In this document: positions 1-12,263 of the stretch, one piece after another
Numbering within the stretch: position 1 is the first letter of the stretch
Layout: each line of letters starts with the position of its first letter
NCBI GenBank assembly: GCA_016927245.1
Contig: JAFGNA010000006.1
Coordinates: 17,230-81,229, forward strand
Origin: Candidatus Woesearchaeota archaeon
Lineage (GTDB): Archaea > Nanobdellota > Nanobdellia > Woesearchaeales > WJKR01
Length of the DNA stretch: 64,000 nt
Reading direction: 5' to 3'
Notes under the pieces: model-generated
The model's database searches: none
What the model was told of the DNA's origin: nothing
The model's input: the letters and a program-made list of their open reading frames with translations, nothing else
Made by a program: the position numbers and the translations under genes

Positions 1-145
1 ACCTCTTCAGGCAAGCGCTAACGAGCAAGCACCACGACGTCACGGACGAAGCATGGGAAGCGTTCCTCAAAGGCTACCGCCCCCTGAAGCGCGAACGCAT
101 CCTCCAACGGCTCCGAATCGTGGAACAACGGGGGCGGAACAAGGC

Positions 146-1882
146 ATGAATAAGCGCACCCTCCACCTCGCAGTCCTCATACTGCTGCTAGGAGCGACAA
201 TCTCATTCCTCCCCTGGCTGCTCCCCGCACGGCAAGGGCACCTCACCCTCCTCACCGTCACCACCGTCAACGGCACCGAAATAGGCGGCACGGCGGACGT
301 CACCCTCAAACTCACGCCCGGCAAAGGAGACGTGTACATCACCACTTACCCCTTCACCAAGCTAGACACCCAGATCAGCACCCGATTCGCAAAGGAAGTG
401 GCCTGCGCCTACACAGAGATGCCCTGCGACAACCACGACTTCTTCTACACCATCCACGCGGACAGCAGCATCATCGGCGGCCCGAGCGCAGGAGCAGCCC
501 TCACCGCCCTCACCATCGCGCTGCTCGAACAGGAACCCATCGACCAAGGAGTCGCCATCACAGGCACGATCAACAGCGGCGGCATCGTCGGCCCAGTCGG
601 CGGCATCGACGCCAAGGCTGCCGCAGCGGCCGCGAAAGGCCTGCACACGGTCATTGTGCCGCGCTGGCAGCAGGAAAGGAACAACACCCATAACGAGTCG
701 TTGCTCGAGCTCGCCCTCATCCCAGGACCAAGCATAGCGATCGTCGAGGTCGCAACGATAGAAGAGGCGCTCACCGTGCTCACCGGCGAGCCGCACGGAC
801 AGGGACCAGCAGGGTTCACCGTGCCCAAAGCCTACACAGAGCTCATGGAAGCCATAGCGGAACGCATGTGTGATCACAGCGACCAGCTCCGCTCCACACT
901 AGACCTCGATGCCCTCGCAGATGACCCCTTGCTCAACCAGAGCGAAAGCTACCTCGCCGACGCCGAGCTGGCCGACGAGCGCGGCAACCACTACAGCAAA
1001 GCGAGCTACTGCTTCTCCGCTAACCTACGCCTGCGCGAGCTCCAGCTCATGAACGCCACCGACGAGGCCCTCGTCGCCGACGCAGAAGCGTTGCGCGAGA
1101 CCATCAACGAACGGCTCGCAGACCTCCAGGAGCGGCCGCTCATCACCTTCTCGGACCTGCAGACAAAGGCCATCGTCGACGAACGGCTTCGCGAGGCGGC
1201 GGGCTACCTCGAACAAGAGCCCTCGCCGAACTCCTTGGCATACGCCATGGAGCGGTACCGCAGCGCGATTATCTGGAGCAACTTCTTCCAACTCCCCGGA
1301 GAGCCGATTGCTCTCGAGGAATCTCACCTCCGCTCAGCGTGCGAGGCGAAGCTCGCAGAGGTCGAGGAGCGCAAGAGCTACATCGACGCCCTCTTCGGCC
1401 CCTTGCTCGCCATGGACGAAGCGAGCGTGAAGGACGCCTACGCGATGTATCGAGACGGCGACTACGCGCTGTGCCTGTCAGAGGCGTCCATGGCCAAGGC
1501 GCAGATAGACACAGTAATATCCAGCATCTCCATGGACGAGGACGACCTCGACATGTTAGTAGGTGAGAAGCTCCGCGCCGCGGAGCGCGTATTGTCACGC
1601 GAGTCGTCGCAAGGACGATTCCCGGTCATGGGCTACAGCTATTATGAGTATGCGAGCTCGCTGCGCGAGGAAGACCCGTACACAGCGACGCTGTTCTCCT
1701 CCTACGCCTTAGAACTGGCGGATCTGAGCATGTACTTCCCGTCGCGCCCGTCATGGTCCTCCCGGCTGCGCATGGCGTTGTCCAGCCCATTCATGATAGG
1801 GTTCATCGCGGGCATGCTCGTAGCGTTCATCCTAGTCGTGCTAGTCTTCCCTCAGAAGAAGCGTGCCCGCCGCAGGCCTTGA
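146..1882 (+). CDS. Membrane-anchored Lon-like S16 peptidase-domain protein without an AAA+ module. It has an N-terminal TM helix, a Lon proteolytic domain, a long helical region and a C-terminal TM helix.
   Basis: The translation shows the Lon S16 motif IIGGPSAGAALTALTIALL with a downstream conserved Lys (AAKGLHTVIVPR). Hydrophobic segments lie at both ends and there are no Walker A/B motifs. The start is more likely the ATG at 146 (MNKRTLHLAVLILLL) than at 53. Confidence 0.6.
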   Translation: MNKRTLHLAVLILLLGATISFLPWLLPARQGHLTLLTVTTVNGTEIGGTADVTLKLTPGKGDVYITTYPFTKLDTQISTRFAKEVACAYTEMPCDNHDFFYTIHADSSIIGGPSAGAALTALTIALLEQEPIDQGVAITGTINSGGIVGPVGGIDAKAAAAAAKGLHTVIVPRWQQERNNTHNESLLELALIPGPSIAIVEVATIEEALTVLTGEPHGQGPAGFTVPKAYTELMEAIAERMCDHSDQLRSTLDLDALADDPLLNQSESYLADAELADERGNHYSKASYCFSANLRLRELQLMNATDEALVADAEALRETINERLADLQERPLITFSDLQTKAIVDERLREAAGYLEQEPSPNSLAYAMERYRSAIIWSNFFQLPGEPIALEESHLRSACEAKLAEVEERKSYIDALFGPLLAMDEASVKDAYAMYRDGDYALCLSEASMAKAQIDTVISSISMDEDDLDMLVGEKLRAAERVLSRESSQGRFPVMGYSYYEYASSLREEDPYTATLFSSYALELADLSMYFPSRPSWSSRLRMALSSPFMIGFIAGMLVAFILVVLVFPQKKRARRRP

Positions 1883-2547
1883 TCCACTAGTTTCTCGTCC
1901 CACCCGGCGCTGATTAGCCGCTCGCGGATGTCATTGTCCCCGTGCCCGGCGAGCAGTGACTGGTTGATGTAGGCTTGCAGGCGTTGTAGGTCAGGGGTTC
2001 CCTGCTTTGGTTGGCGGCGTTCCCCGCTCCGGTGGTAGGCGATGAACAGGAGCACGATGATGACGAGGATGAGGATGCCGAGTTGCGCCTGCACGCTGGG
2101 CAGGTCGCTCCGCAGGTCGTCGGCGGTGCCCTGCTCGCCAGTGATGGCGTACGTCCCGGTCATCGCTTCCCCCGCGTCGTACACCGTCTCGGTGGTGTAG
2201 CTGACCTTGATGGTGGTGTTCACGGCGGCCCATCCTTCGCCGTCCCATCGGTGCAGCGTTATTGCTTGCTCGTGCACGCGTTCCTGGCGGAGCCATTCCT
2301 TGCTGATGTCGAACGTCATGGTCGCGCCTTCATAGTCTGTGGCGAGGGTGAATGACCGGTACAGCTTGCCAGGGGGTGCTTCTCCTGGCAGGGGGTGCGC
2401 CTCGGTGATGTCCGCGTCCACCAGGTTGTCGCCGCGCTTGATATCGACGCTGAGCGGGGTGCTCGCGGGGAGGCTGAACGTGTTGAGGAGCACGAAGGCG
2501 ATGATGAGGAAGAAGATGATGACCCAGACGTTCCCTTTATGCTCCAT
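1852..2547 (-). CDS. Hypothetical membrane protein with an N-terminal TM helix.
   Basis: A 231-aa ORF with a hydrophobic N-terminus (VWVIIFFLIIAFVLL) and a second TM segment. A TATA-like element lies about 28 nt upstream at 2572-2582. No family recognised. Confidence 0.4.
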   Translation of the reverse strand: MEHKGNVWVIIFFLIIAFVLLNTFSLPASTPLSVDIKRGDNLVDADITEAHPLPGEAPPGKLYRSFTLATDYEGATMTFDISKEWLRQERVHEQAITLHRWDGEGWAAVNTTIKVSYTTETVYDAGEAMTGTYAITGEQGTADDLRSDLPSVQAQLGILILVIIVLLFIAYHRSGERRQPKQGTPDLQRLQAYINQSLLAGHGDNDIRERLISAGWDEKLVDQGLRRARFF

Positions 2548-2571
2548 GGGTGCCTGTTGTGCTTCCAGCCC

Positions 2572-2583
2572 TATTTATATCTT
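2572..2583 (-). promoter_or_regulatory. Candidate TATA box/BRE for the divergent gene 1852-2547.
   Basis: The element ctatttatatct sits about 25-30 nt upstream of the minus-strand start. A near-identical element occurs at 2703-2716 for the plus-strand gene. Confidence 0.35.
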
Positions 2584-2702
2584 TCTTCGGTTCGGGATAA
2601 ACCCAGAAAGACCCCAAGAACGAGTTGTTGATGGGATCTTTCTGGGAAAAAGAGGTGAGTGGGTAGCAACAACTCGTTGTATCTACTCTAGAATGGTGTT
2701 CT

Positions 2703-2716
2703 TTTATTTATATCTT
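2703..2716 (+). promoter_or_regulatory. Candidate TATA box for gene 2739-3299.
   Basis: The element ttttatttatatct lies about 25-30 nt upstream of the ATG at 2739. Confidence 0.35.
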
Positions 2717-2738
2717 TCTATTCTATAACCATTATGAA

Positions 2739-3299
2739 ATGGTTACTCTTTTGTTGCGCAATCTTTTTATGCGTTCCTGCCTTCCTGCTTCTATGCTTCT
2801 CTGCGCTGTCTGCGGCAGGCCTGCGACTATCTCTCTGAGCTACACGAGCCGTTCCTACTGCGACGAGCACTTCTGGCGCCTGATTGAGCGGCGCGTCCGC
2901 AAGGACCTCCGAATCCATGCGGCTATTGATATCATGAAGGAGTATCGTTTCAGGGATGACGGCTCGCCCTTGGCTGACCTGGCCAGGACGTTCTTGGAGC
3001 GCATCTTCGGCGGCCGACTCGCCCTGGTCGTTGATCCGGAAGCGGCTCCCGGCCCGGACGTGATACTCCCTGTCTGCCTCGAGGAGGAGGCTTCTGCCAG
3101 GTTCCTGCGATTCCTTGACCCCTCGTTGCCCGAGCTGTCAGGGATAAGGCCGCTGCGCACCGTCAGCATGGAGGACGTGCGGCACTTGCTTCCACGTGTC
3201 GCTTTGCGTGTCTCCGCGCATCCCTTGCTGGAAGGCCTTCGCGCCGTTGAGCCTACAGTCTTCTTCGGCGTGATGAGCGTGCTAGAGAAAGAAACATAA
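2739..3299 (+). CDS. Hypothetical protein with an N-terminal Cys-X2-Cys...Cys-X2-His zinc-finger-like motif.
   Basis: The translation contains CAVCGRP...SYCDEHF near the N-terminus. No recognisable enzymatic motif. Confidence 0.4.
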   Translation: MVTLLLRNLFMRSCLPASMLLCAVCGRPATISLSYTSRSYCDEHFWRLIERRVRKDLRIHAAIDIMKEYRFRDDGSPLADLARTFLERIFGGRLALVVDPEAAPGPDVILPVCLEEEASARFLRFLDPSLPELSGIRPLRTVSMEDVRHLLPRVALRVSAHPLLEGLRAVEPTVFFGVMSVLEKET

Positions 3300-3329
3300 A
3301 AAAATAGGAAAAAAATGTGGAGGAAAAAT

Positions 3330-3671
3330 TTACTTCTTCTTCCTCTTGGTGAGCTTCCTTTTTGCGGGCTTCTTCTTTGCCGCTTTCTTCGCTGCTTTTT
3401 TCTTTGCGGGCTTCTTCTTTGCCGCTTTCTTCGCTGCTTTTTTCTTTGCCGGCTTCTTCACAGCCTTCTTGACTGTTTTCTTTGCTGCTTTTTTCTTTGC
3501 GGGCTTCTTCTTTGCCGCTTTCTTCGCTGCTTTTTTCTTTGCCGGCTTCTTCTTGGCGACCTTCTTCACAGCCTTCTTGACCGTTTTTTTCGCCTTCTTC
3601 GCGACCTTCTTCACAGCCTTCTTCGCTTTCTTCTTCACGGGCTTCTTCTTTGCCGCTTTCTTCGCTGCCAT
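3330..3671 (-). CDS. Lysine/alanine-rich tandem-repeat basic protein (histone H1/HC1-like low-complexity DNA- or RNA-binding protein).
   Basis: The 113-aa translation is almost entirely AKKAAKKKPAKKK repeats. The DNA shows about 70-nt tandem repeats across 3360-3660. The plus-strand F-rich ORF 3346-3720 is its mirror-image artefact. Confidence 0.5.
   Translation of the reverse strand: MAAKKAAKKKPVKKKAKKAVKKVAKKAKKTVKKAVKKVAKKKPAKKKAAKKAAKKKPAKKKAAKKTVKKAVKKPAKKKAAKKAAKKKPAKKKAAKKAAKKKPAKRKLTKRKKK
3360..3660. repeat. In-frame tandem nucleotide repeats encoding KKAAKKKPAKK units.
   Basis: A recurring cttctttgccgctttcttcgctgcttttttctttgc(g/c)ggcttctt unit is visible at least four times. Confidence 0.6.
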
Positions 3672-3924
3672 GGAAACACCTCACATGCTTGCTATCATAA
3701 GCAGTTTTTTCTCTTCCTAGGATTAATTATTTATAAAGTTTATGTTTTTAAGCGATATTCATCCGTCATTTCCACGACAAATCCTTTGTCGCAAAGGATG
3801 CGGCGCGATCGCCACCCCTGAACTCGCCTTTCCAAAAAGCAAGTTGACCGCTCAATTTTTTTCACCGGAAATTCTCCTATCATGGCAAAGCAACGCATAT
3901 CAACGATCGCGAGACCGACATGCC

Positions 3925-4857
3925 ATGAAACACCCAATAGTAAGAGCGGCGTCCCTTATCCTCCTACTCATCATCACCGGCTGCGATGCCGACATGCCCA
4001 TGTCCACTGGCGGCATGAACGTGCATTTCTGCCATATCACCGACTGCGACGAAGTGTTCATCAACGGCATCAACGGAGCGGATGACGTCGCCTGCGCGTT
4101 CTACGAAGTCAACGGCCCGGTCGCGCAAGCCCTCGCCGGGAAGGAAGCGATCATCATCATCGACGACCACGCGGACGCGACTGTGGCCACGGACACGCGC
4201 ACAGGAGAAGGCATCATGCACCTCAAGACCTGCATCCTCGACCACGATACCGTCATTACCGGAAGTTATAATCCGACGCTGAGTATGGGTGGCGACTACA
4301 ACAACGTGCTCGTCATCCATTCCCGCCCGATCGCCAGGCATTACGAGGACCAACTCCGAGGGCTTACGCGCGATGGCAGGAAGCACTCGCGGCACAACGA
4401 GTTCCTCCATGACGGCCGACACGTGGAGGTGTACGCGTGCCCGCAGGACGATTGCCAAGCGTCATTGCTCGAAGAACTCCGCAGCGCGGAGGAGTCCATA
4501 AGATTCCTCCTCTTCACCTTCACTGACGGGGACGTCGCCGACGCCCTTATCGAGAAGCACGAGGAAGGATTGGACGTCATGGGCGTCACCGAATCGTTCC
4601 AATCAGCAAAGTACAACCAACACTTCCGGCTCGTGGCCGCGGGCGTTCCTGCAGTGCTCGAGGAATCGCCGGTCCTGCAGCACAACAAGGTGTTCATCAT
4701 CGACCACGACACCGTTATCACCGGGAGCTACAACCCGACCTTGGCGGCCGCAACGATCAACGACGAGACCCTTATCATCCTCCACGGGGAATCGTTAGCG
4801 GCCAGCTATGAGGCGCTCTTCGACACCATTTATGCAGAGACCCAAAGTTTTAAATAA
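3925..4857 (+). CDS. Phospholipase D family (two HKD motifs) protein with a lipoprotein-like signal peptide. Likely a Nuc-like nuclease or phospholipase.
   Basis: Two HxK(x)4D(x)6GSxN motifs are present: HLKTCILDHDTVITGSYNPT and LQHNKVFIIDHDTVITGSYNPT. The N-terminus MKHPIVRAASLILLLIITGCDA has a lipobox-like Cys. The ORF opens at 3742, but the signal-peptide ATG at 3925 is the more plausible start. Confidence 0.65.
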   Translation: MKHPIVRAASLILLLIITGCDADMPMSTGGMNVHFCHITDCDEVFINGINGADDVACAFYEVNGPVAQALAGKEAIIIIDDHADATVATDTRTGEGIMHLKTCILDHDTVITGSYNPTLSMGGDYNNVLVIHSRPIARHYEDQLRGLTRDGRKHSRHNEFLHDGRHVEVYACPQDDCQASLLEELRSAEESIRFLLFTFTDGDVADALIEKHEEGLDVMGVTESFQSAKYNQHFRLVAAGVPAVLEESPVLQHNKVFIIDHDTVITGSYNPTLAAATINDETLIILHGESLAASYEALFDTIYAETQSFK

Positions 4858-4902
4858 CCTTGGCTGCTCTCGTCAGGAACCAGTAACAGAAGGTGATCGT
4901 GC

Positions 4903-5346
4903 ATGACCATCATAGGATTCAACTTTTCCAAGCTCTACGCGGTGCACAAGAAAGCATCCAAGGGCGACGTCAAGGTAGCCACCAACATCAAAATTGACGC
5001 CATCGAGAAGACGAGCATCAACATCGACGAGAGCAAGCTCGCGCTCAAGGCATCCTTCACCTACACGATTAAGTATGACCCTGATATCGGCTCGCTGGAA
5101 CTTCAGGGAGACCTCTTGTTCGTCCAAGAGACGAAAGTCGCTGAGGCATTCCTCGCCGAATGGGAAAAGAAGCGCTCGATGCCGCGAAAGGCGTCCTCTG
5201 CCATCGTCAACGCCATCTTGCCGAAGTGCGTCGTCCAGGCATTGATCATGACCAAGGACATCGGCTTGCCTTCACCCATCCCGCTGCCAAGGATGAAGTC
5301 GTCTAACGTCAAGGTCGAGAAGGACGCCGCTGATAAGAAGAAGTGA
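4903..5346 (+). CDS. Hypothetical protein (147 aa, K-rich C-terminus).
   Basis: ORF with appropriate spacing after the PLD gene. No motif recognised. Confidence 0.35.
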   Translation: MTIIGFNFSKLYAVHKKASKGDVKVATNIKIDAIEKTSINIDESKLALKASFTYTIKYDPDIGSLELQGDLLFVQETKVAEAFLAEWEKKRSMPRKASSAIVNAILPKCVVQALIMTKDIGLPSPIPLPRMKSSNVKVEKDAADKKK

Positions 5347-5357
5347 TGTTCCTCTGT

Positions 5358-8075
<2,718 letters not shown>

Positions 8076-8196
8076 GCTTTTCTCCGCCGTTATCTTGTGC
8101 CTTTGGTTTGTCCGTTGCTGATTTGCTGGGGAATCACTTGTTTTTTTTGTGGGTGTTGGCCATGCAGGTTCTTTTTGACAAACTTTAAATACTTGT

Positions 8197-8514
8197 GTGT
8201 CTAGAGTTCGCTCACTTAATCGTGAGGTGATTGTGCACATGGCGGTATTGAAGAAGAAAAAGAAGAAGATGTCCAGGAAGAAGAAGGTGGCGATTGGCGT
8301 CGCTGTCGGCGCTGCTGCTGTTGCCGCTGGTGTGGCCGCCGCGAGGGCGGTGAAGAAGCGCGGCGGTGCGAAGAAGGTCGCCAAGAAGGCGAAAAAAACG
8401 GTCAAGAAGGCTGAGAAGAAGGCGGTTAAGGCGGTCAAGAAGGCTGTGAAGAAGGTCGTTAAGAAGAAGCCGGCAAAGAAAAAAGCAGCGAAGAAAGCGG
8501 CAAAGAAGAAATAA
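8197..8514 (+). CDS. Lys/Ala-rich repeat protein with a central hydrophobic (Ala/Val/Gly) segment. Paralogue of 3330-3671.
   Basis: The C-terminal KKAVKKVVKKKPAKKKAAKKAAKKK repeats match the other K/A-rich protein. The segment VAIGVAVGAAAVAAGVAAA could be a TM helix. The start may be the internal ATG at 8270 (MSRKKK). Confidence 0.45.
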   Translation: MSRVRSLNREVIVHMAVLKKKKKKMSRKKKVAIGVAVGAAAVAAGVAAARAVKKRGGAKKVAKKAKKTVKKAEKKAVKAVKKAVKKVVKKKPAKKKAAKKAAKKK

Positions 8515-8585
8515 GCGTTTTTTTCTTTTTCTTCAACCATTTTTGCGTTACTTTTATAAGAGTAAGTGTTATTCTGAGGGTTGCA

Positions 8586-9883
8586 TGAAGGACCTCGGCT
8601 CTATCGAGCGGTACAGCACCGTACGTCTCATCACAGGCAAGGCGTCCTATGAAGGAATCCTTCTCCCACAGGAAGGCAAAGAGGTGGTGCTCAAGCTCTC
8701 GTCAGGCTACAACATCGGGTTGTTCCCCAAGCATGTCAAGGACGTCGAGGTCCTTTCCCCACCGGAGGAGCAGCAGTCCCCAGCCCCGCCCGTCGTTGAC
8801 CAGGACCCAACCCTGCCCCGGCTGATGATACTGCACACCGGCGGCACCATCGCGTCAAGGGTGGACTACGGCACCGGCGGCGTCGTGGCCAAGTTCGACC
8901 CGAAAGAGCTCGTCGCCATGTTCCCAGAGCTCAAGTCCTGCGCCTACGTGGAGTCGGAACTTGTTGGCAACATGCAGTCTGACGATTTCCGATTCGCCCA
9001 CTTCAACCTCGTTGCGTCGCGCGTGCTCGAGCATGCCCGTGGCGGCGTGAAGAAGTTCATCGTGACTAGCGGTACGGACTTCCTCCACTACCTCTCCACT
9101 GCCTTGTCGTTCATTCTCAAGGACGTCCCTGTAGGTGTCCTCGTCGTGGGGGCGCAGCGGTCCTCTGATCGCGGCAGCTCAGACGCAGGGATGAACCTCG
9201 CCTGCGCCGCGCAGTTCCTCACCACGAACGACTTCAAGGGAGTCGGTGTGTGCATGCACGAGTCCATAGAGGACGACGACTGCCTCATCCTCGCCGGCGT
9301 GAACGTGCGCAAGATGCACTCTTCTCGTAGAGACGCGTTCAGGCCTATCAACAAGGGACCGTTGGCGAAGGTGTCCTACGCAGACAAAAAGGTCACGTTG
9401 CTAGAGGACCTCTCTCCAGCAAAAGGTGATATCCCTGAATCACTCCCTCTCCTCAAGGAAGATCTCAAGATAGGCCTGCTCTACGCGCACCCTCAAATGT
9501 TCCCTGAGGAGTTCGACCCCTACAAAGACTTCGACGGGCTCGTCCTCGTCGCATCAGGGCTCGGGCACTTCCCCATCACCGAGTTCGACGACAAGTGCAC
9601 CGGTCATCTCAATATCAGGGCGCGCATCAAGGCGCTCGCCGGCACCATTCCCGTCGCAGCGGCTGCGCAGACCATCTACGGCCGAGTGGACATGGATGTG
9701 TACAGCCCTGGCAGGGCGTTGCAGGAGGCGGGCGTCCTAGGCAACGGGTCGGTCATGTCGCCTGAGACGACGTACGTCAAGCTCGCGTGGCTCCTGAGCA
9801 ACCATCCCGACCGGGTAGCTGACCTGCTCCTTCACGACTTCGTCGGGGAGATGAACGCCCACGGGGCGAATCTGTACTGGTGA
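8586..9883 (+). CDS. gatD: Glutamyl-tRNA(Gln) amidotransferase subunit D (asparaginase-like).
   Basis: It has an asparaginase-type N-terminal TGGTIAS threonine motif (LMILHTGGTIASRVDY) and is directly followed by gatE, the archaeal GatDE arrangement. Confidence 0.85.
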
Positions 9884-9889
9884 GCTACT

Positions 9890-11731
9890 TTGGACACTCC
9901 TCAACTCAAGAAAGACCTTTCTGCGGATGACATCCGGCTGCTTGGCCTGGTATCCGGTATCGAGATACACCAGCAGCTGGAGGGCGAGAAGCTGTTCTGC
10001 CGCTGCCCCGCCAGTATCAGGGATGACAGGCCTGATTTTGAGGTCAAGCGCTACCTCCGCGCCGCCGCTGGCGAGTCAGGGACCATCGACGCGGCGGCGC
10101 TGGCGGAGATGAAGAAGCGGAAGCGCCATCGCTACCAGGGCTATCGTGACACGACATGCCTCGTCGAGCTGGATGAGGAGCCGCCGGGACCGGTCAACCC
10201 TGATGCTTTGCGTGCATCGTTGCAGGCCGCGATCCTTCTCGGGATGAGCGTCGTTGACCAGGTGCGCTTCATGCGCAAGACCGTGGTTGACGGGAGCAAC
10301 ACGTCAGGCTTCCAGCGAACCGCGCTCATTGCCACGTCAGGATCGTTCACTACTGCTTCTGGCCTGAGGGTCGGCGTTGAGTCATTGTGCCTCGAGGAGG
10401 ACGCTTGCAAGAAGGTCGAGTCGCGACCAGAGGAAGAGGTATGGAACCTTTCGCGGCTTGGCATACCATTGTTGGAAGTGGCCACAGCGCCTGACATGCG
10501 CACGCCTGAACAGGTCGCCGAGGCTGCCGAGCACGTCGGCATGGTCTTGCGCTCCCTCCCCGTCGTGAAGCGAGGGCTCGGCACGATAAGGCAGGACATC
10601 AACGTCTCTATCAAGGAGGGCGCTCGGGTGGAGATCAAAGGGGCGCAGGACTTGAAGATGCTCGCTACGCTCGCGAGGTATGAGGCTTTGCGCCAGCACA
10701 ACTTGTCGGTGATTTACAAGTCGTTGCGAGTGAGAGGCGCAAAGGTCGGCGAAGTGACTGATGTGACGAAGGTTTTCGAGGGGACTGCTTCCAAGGTCAT
10801 CGAGGAGTCCTTGGGGAAGGGAGGTGTCGTCCTCGCGCTCCCTTTATATAATTTCGGCGGCTTGACAGGGCTCGAGACGCAGCCGGGGAGGAGGTATGGC
10901 TCCGAGCTCTCCGACCACGCGAAGGCGATGGGCGTCCGCGGATTGTTCCACGCCGACGAGCTCCCGAGATACGGTATCACTCAAGGCCAGAAGGACGCGG
11001 TGTTCTCTTCCCTCAAGCTCGACTCCGCCGAGGACAATTTCTTGTTGGTCGCGGATGAGCGAGGCGTCGCTGAGCGGGCGTTGCTCGCCGCTGGGAACCG
11101 GGCGGCTGATTTCTCGCTACACGGAGAGGTGCGGCAAGCGTTACCGGATGGCACCACCGCTTACTTGCGTCCTATGCCTGGCGCGGCCCGCATGTACCCC
11201 GAGACTGATGTCAGACCGGTCTTTGTGGACGCGTCATCGGTGGAGGTGCCGCGACTGCTCTCCGAGCGGGTCGCCGAACTGGCAAGTAATCACGGCATCG
11301 CCAAGGATGTCGCGAAGCGGTTGCTCCGCGATGGGTTGGACTTGGACGAGCTGGCGAAGAAGCATCCCAACGTCAAGTCGTCGTTCATCATTGACTTCTA
11401 CTACGCTACTCCTGGTCTTGTGAAGAAGAGATATGGGGTTTCAGTCTCCATGGAGGACTTCGCTGGCGAGCTCTTGTCCAAGATTGACGCCGGCGAAATA
11501 TCCAAGGATGCCGTTCCTGAGATAGTCTCCCGGCTCGCCAAGGGGGAACGCGTCGATTACCGAGAGTATCGGCCCGTCTCGGAGCAGGAGATTGACGCTG
11601 CGGTCAAGAATGTCCTTGCTAAGGATCCGAACGCCCCTGTCGGCGCGCTCATGGGAATGGTCATGAAGGAGCTCGGCGGCAAGGCTGACGGCAAGGCCGT
11701 GATGGCGCGGCTCAAGGCGTCGCGGAAGTGA
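9890..11731 (+). CDS. gatE: Glutamyl-tRNA(Gln) amidotransferase subunit E.
   Basis: The N-terminus has the GatB/E-like GIEIHQQL motif and a Cys cluster (FCRCPASIRD). The length of about 613 aa is typical of archaeal GatE with a C-terminal extension. Confidence 0.85.
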   Translation: MDTPQLKKDLSADDIRLLGLVSGIEIHQQLEGEKLFCRCPASIRDDRPDFEVKRYLRAAAGESGTIDAAALAEMKKRKRHRYQGYRDTTCLVELDEEPPGPVNPDALRASLQAAILLGMSVVDQVRFMRKTVVDGSNTSGFQRTALIATSGSFTTASGLRVGVESLCLEEDACKKVESRPEEEVWNLSRLGIPLLEVATAPDMRTPEQVAEAAEHVGMVLRSLPVVKRGLGTIRQDINVSIKEGARVEIKGAQDLKMLATLARYEALRQHNLSVIYKSLRVRGAKVGEVTDVTKVFEGTASKVIEESLGKGGVVLALPLYNFGGLTGLETQPGRRYGSELSDHAKAMGVRGLFHADELPRYGITQGQKDAVFSSLKLDSAEDNFLLVADERGVAERALLAAGNRAADFSLHGEVRQALPDGTTAYLRPMPGAARMYPETDVRPVFVDASSVEVPRLLSERVAELASNHGIAKDVAKRLLRDGLDLDELAKKHPNVKSSFIIDFYYATPGLVKKRYGVSVSMEDFAGELLSKIDAGEISKDAVPEIVSRLAKGERVDYREYRPVSEQEIDAAVKNVLAKDPNAPVGALMGMVMKELGGKADGKAVMARLKASRK

Positions 11732-11811
11732 GAACCTATGGTTCTCTTGGCTGGTGCGAAGCGGAGTCTCACATGATTGCGTTTTTCTAAGAAAACAAAT
11801 CCTTCAACCAA

Positions 11812-12057
11812 TCAGTTATTCTCTGCAAAATGTTTTTTTTGGGCGCAAACGTATCCTTCTTTGTGTTCAGGTTCCAGCTTAACGACTAGATTCTCGCAGC
11901 GAACCTCGCCATACGTTGTCCAAACCGCTTTATTTTCTCGAACGCAAGGCAGCTTAACAACGAATTCTTGTCCGCATGTCCCTTCTAGAAATTCATGTGC
12001 TAAGCATTTATGGTCTTCGTCAAAGGCGCAATAATGCTGAGCGCCAATTTTTTTCAA
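11812..12057 (-). CDS. Cys-rich small protein body, apparently preceded by a signal-peptide ORF in another frame (ATG at 12164). Possible frameshifted or pseudogenised secreted protein inside an AT-rich island.
   Basis: On the minus strand the ATG at 12164 encodes MTLKRAAFSILLLMILLSGLTSVAILPYKEHCERRGYSFEK, then runs into a stop two codons after an A7 homopolymer. The Cys-rich 81-aa frame continues from that homopolymer. The region 11740-12260 is markedly AT-rich. Confidence 0.3.
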   Translation of the reverse strand: MKKIGAQHYCAFDEDHKCLAHEFLEGTCGQEFVVKLPCVRENKAVWTTYGEVRCENLVVKLEPEHKEGYVCAQKKHFAENN

Positions 12058-12263
12058 AAGAGTATCCTCTGCGCTCGCAATGTTCCTTATAGGGAAGTAT
12101 TGCTACGCTCGTGAGACCGCTTAGAAGAATCATCAAGAGTAAAATACTGAATGCTGCTCTTTTGAGTGTCATCTTCCGGTGGAAATAAGTTCTCCTTAAG
12201 TATTTGTTCAGGGCTTCAACGTTATCTACAATTAATAAAGTTATCTATTGAGAATCCTTTCTA

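Noticed and set aside
3346-3720. A 124-aa Phe-rich ORF on the plus strand (FFFAAFFAAFF...).
   Set aside because: It is the antisense mirror of the Lys/Ala repeat gene 3330-3671, because AAG/GCC repeats read as TTC/GGC on the other strand. The K/A-rich reading gives a coherent basic protein and has a paralogue.
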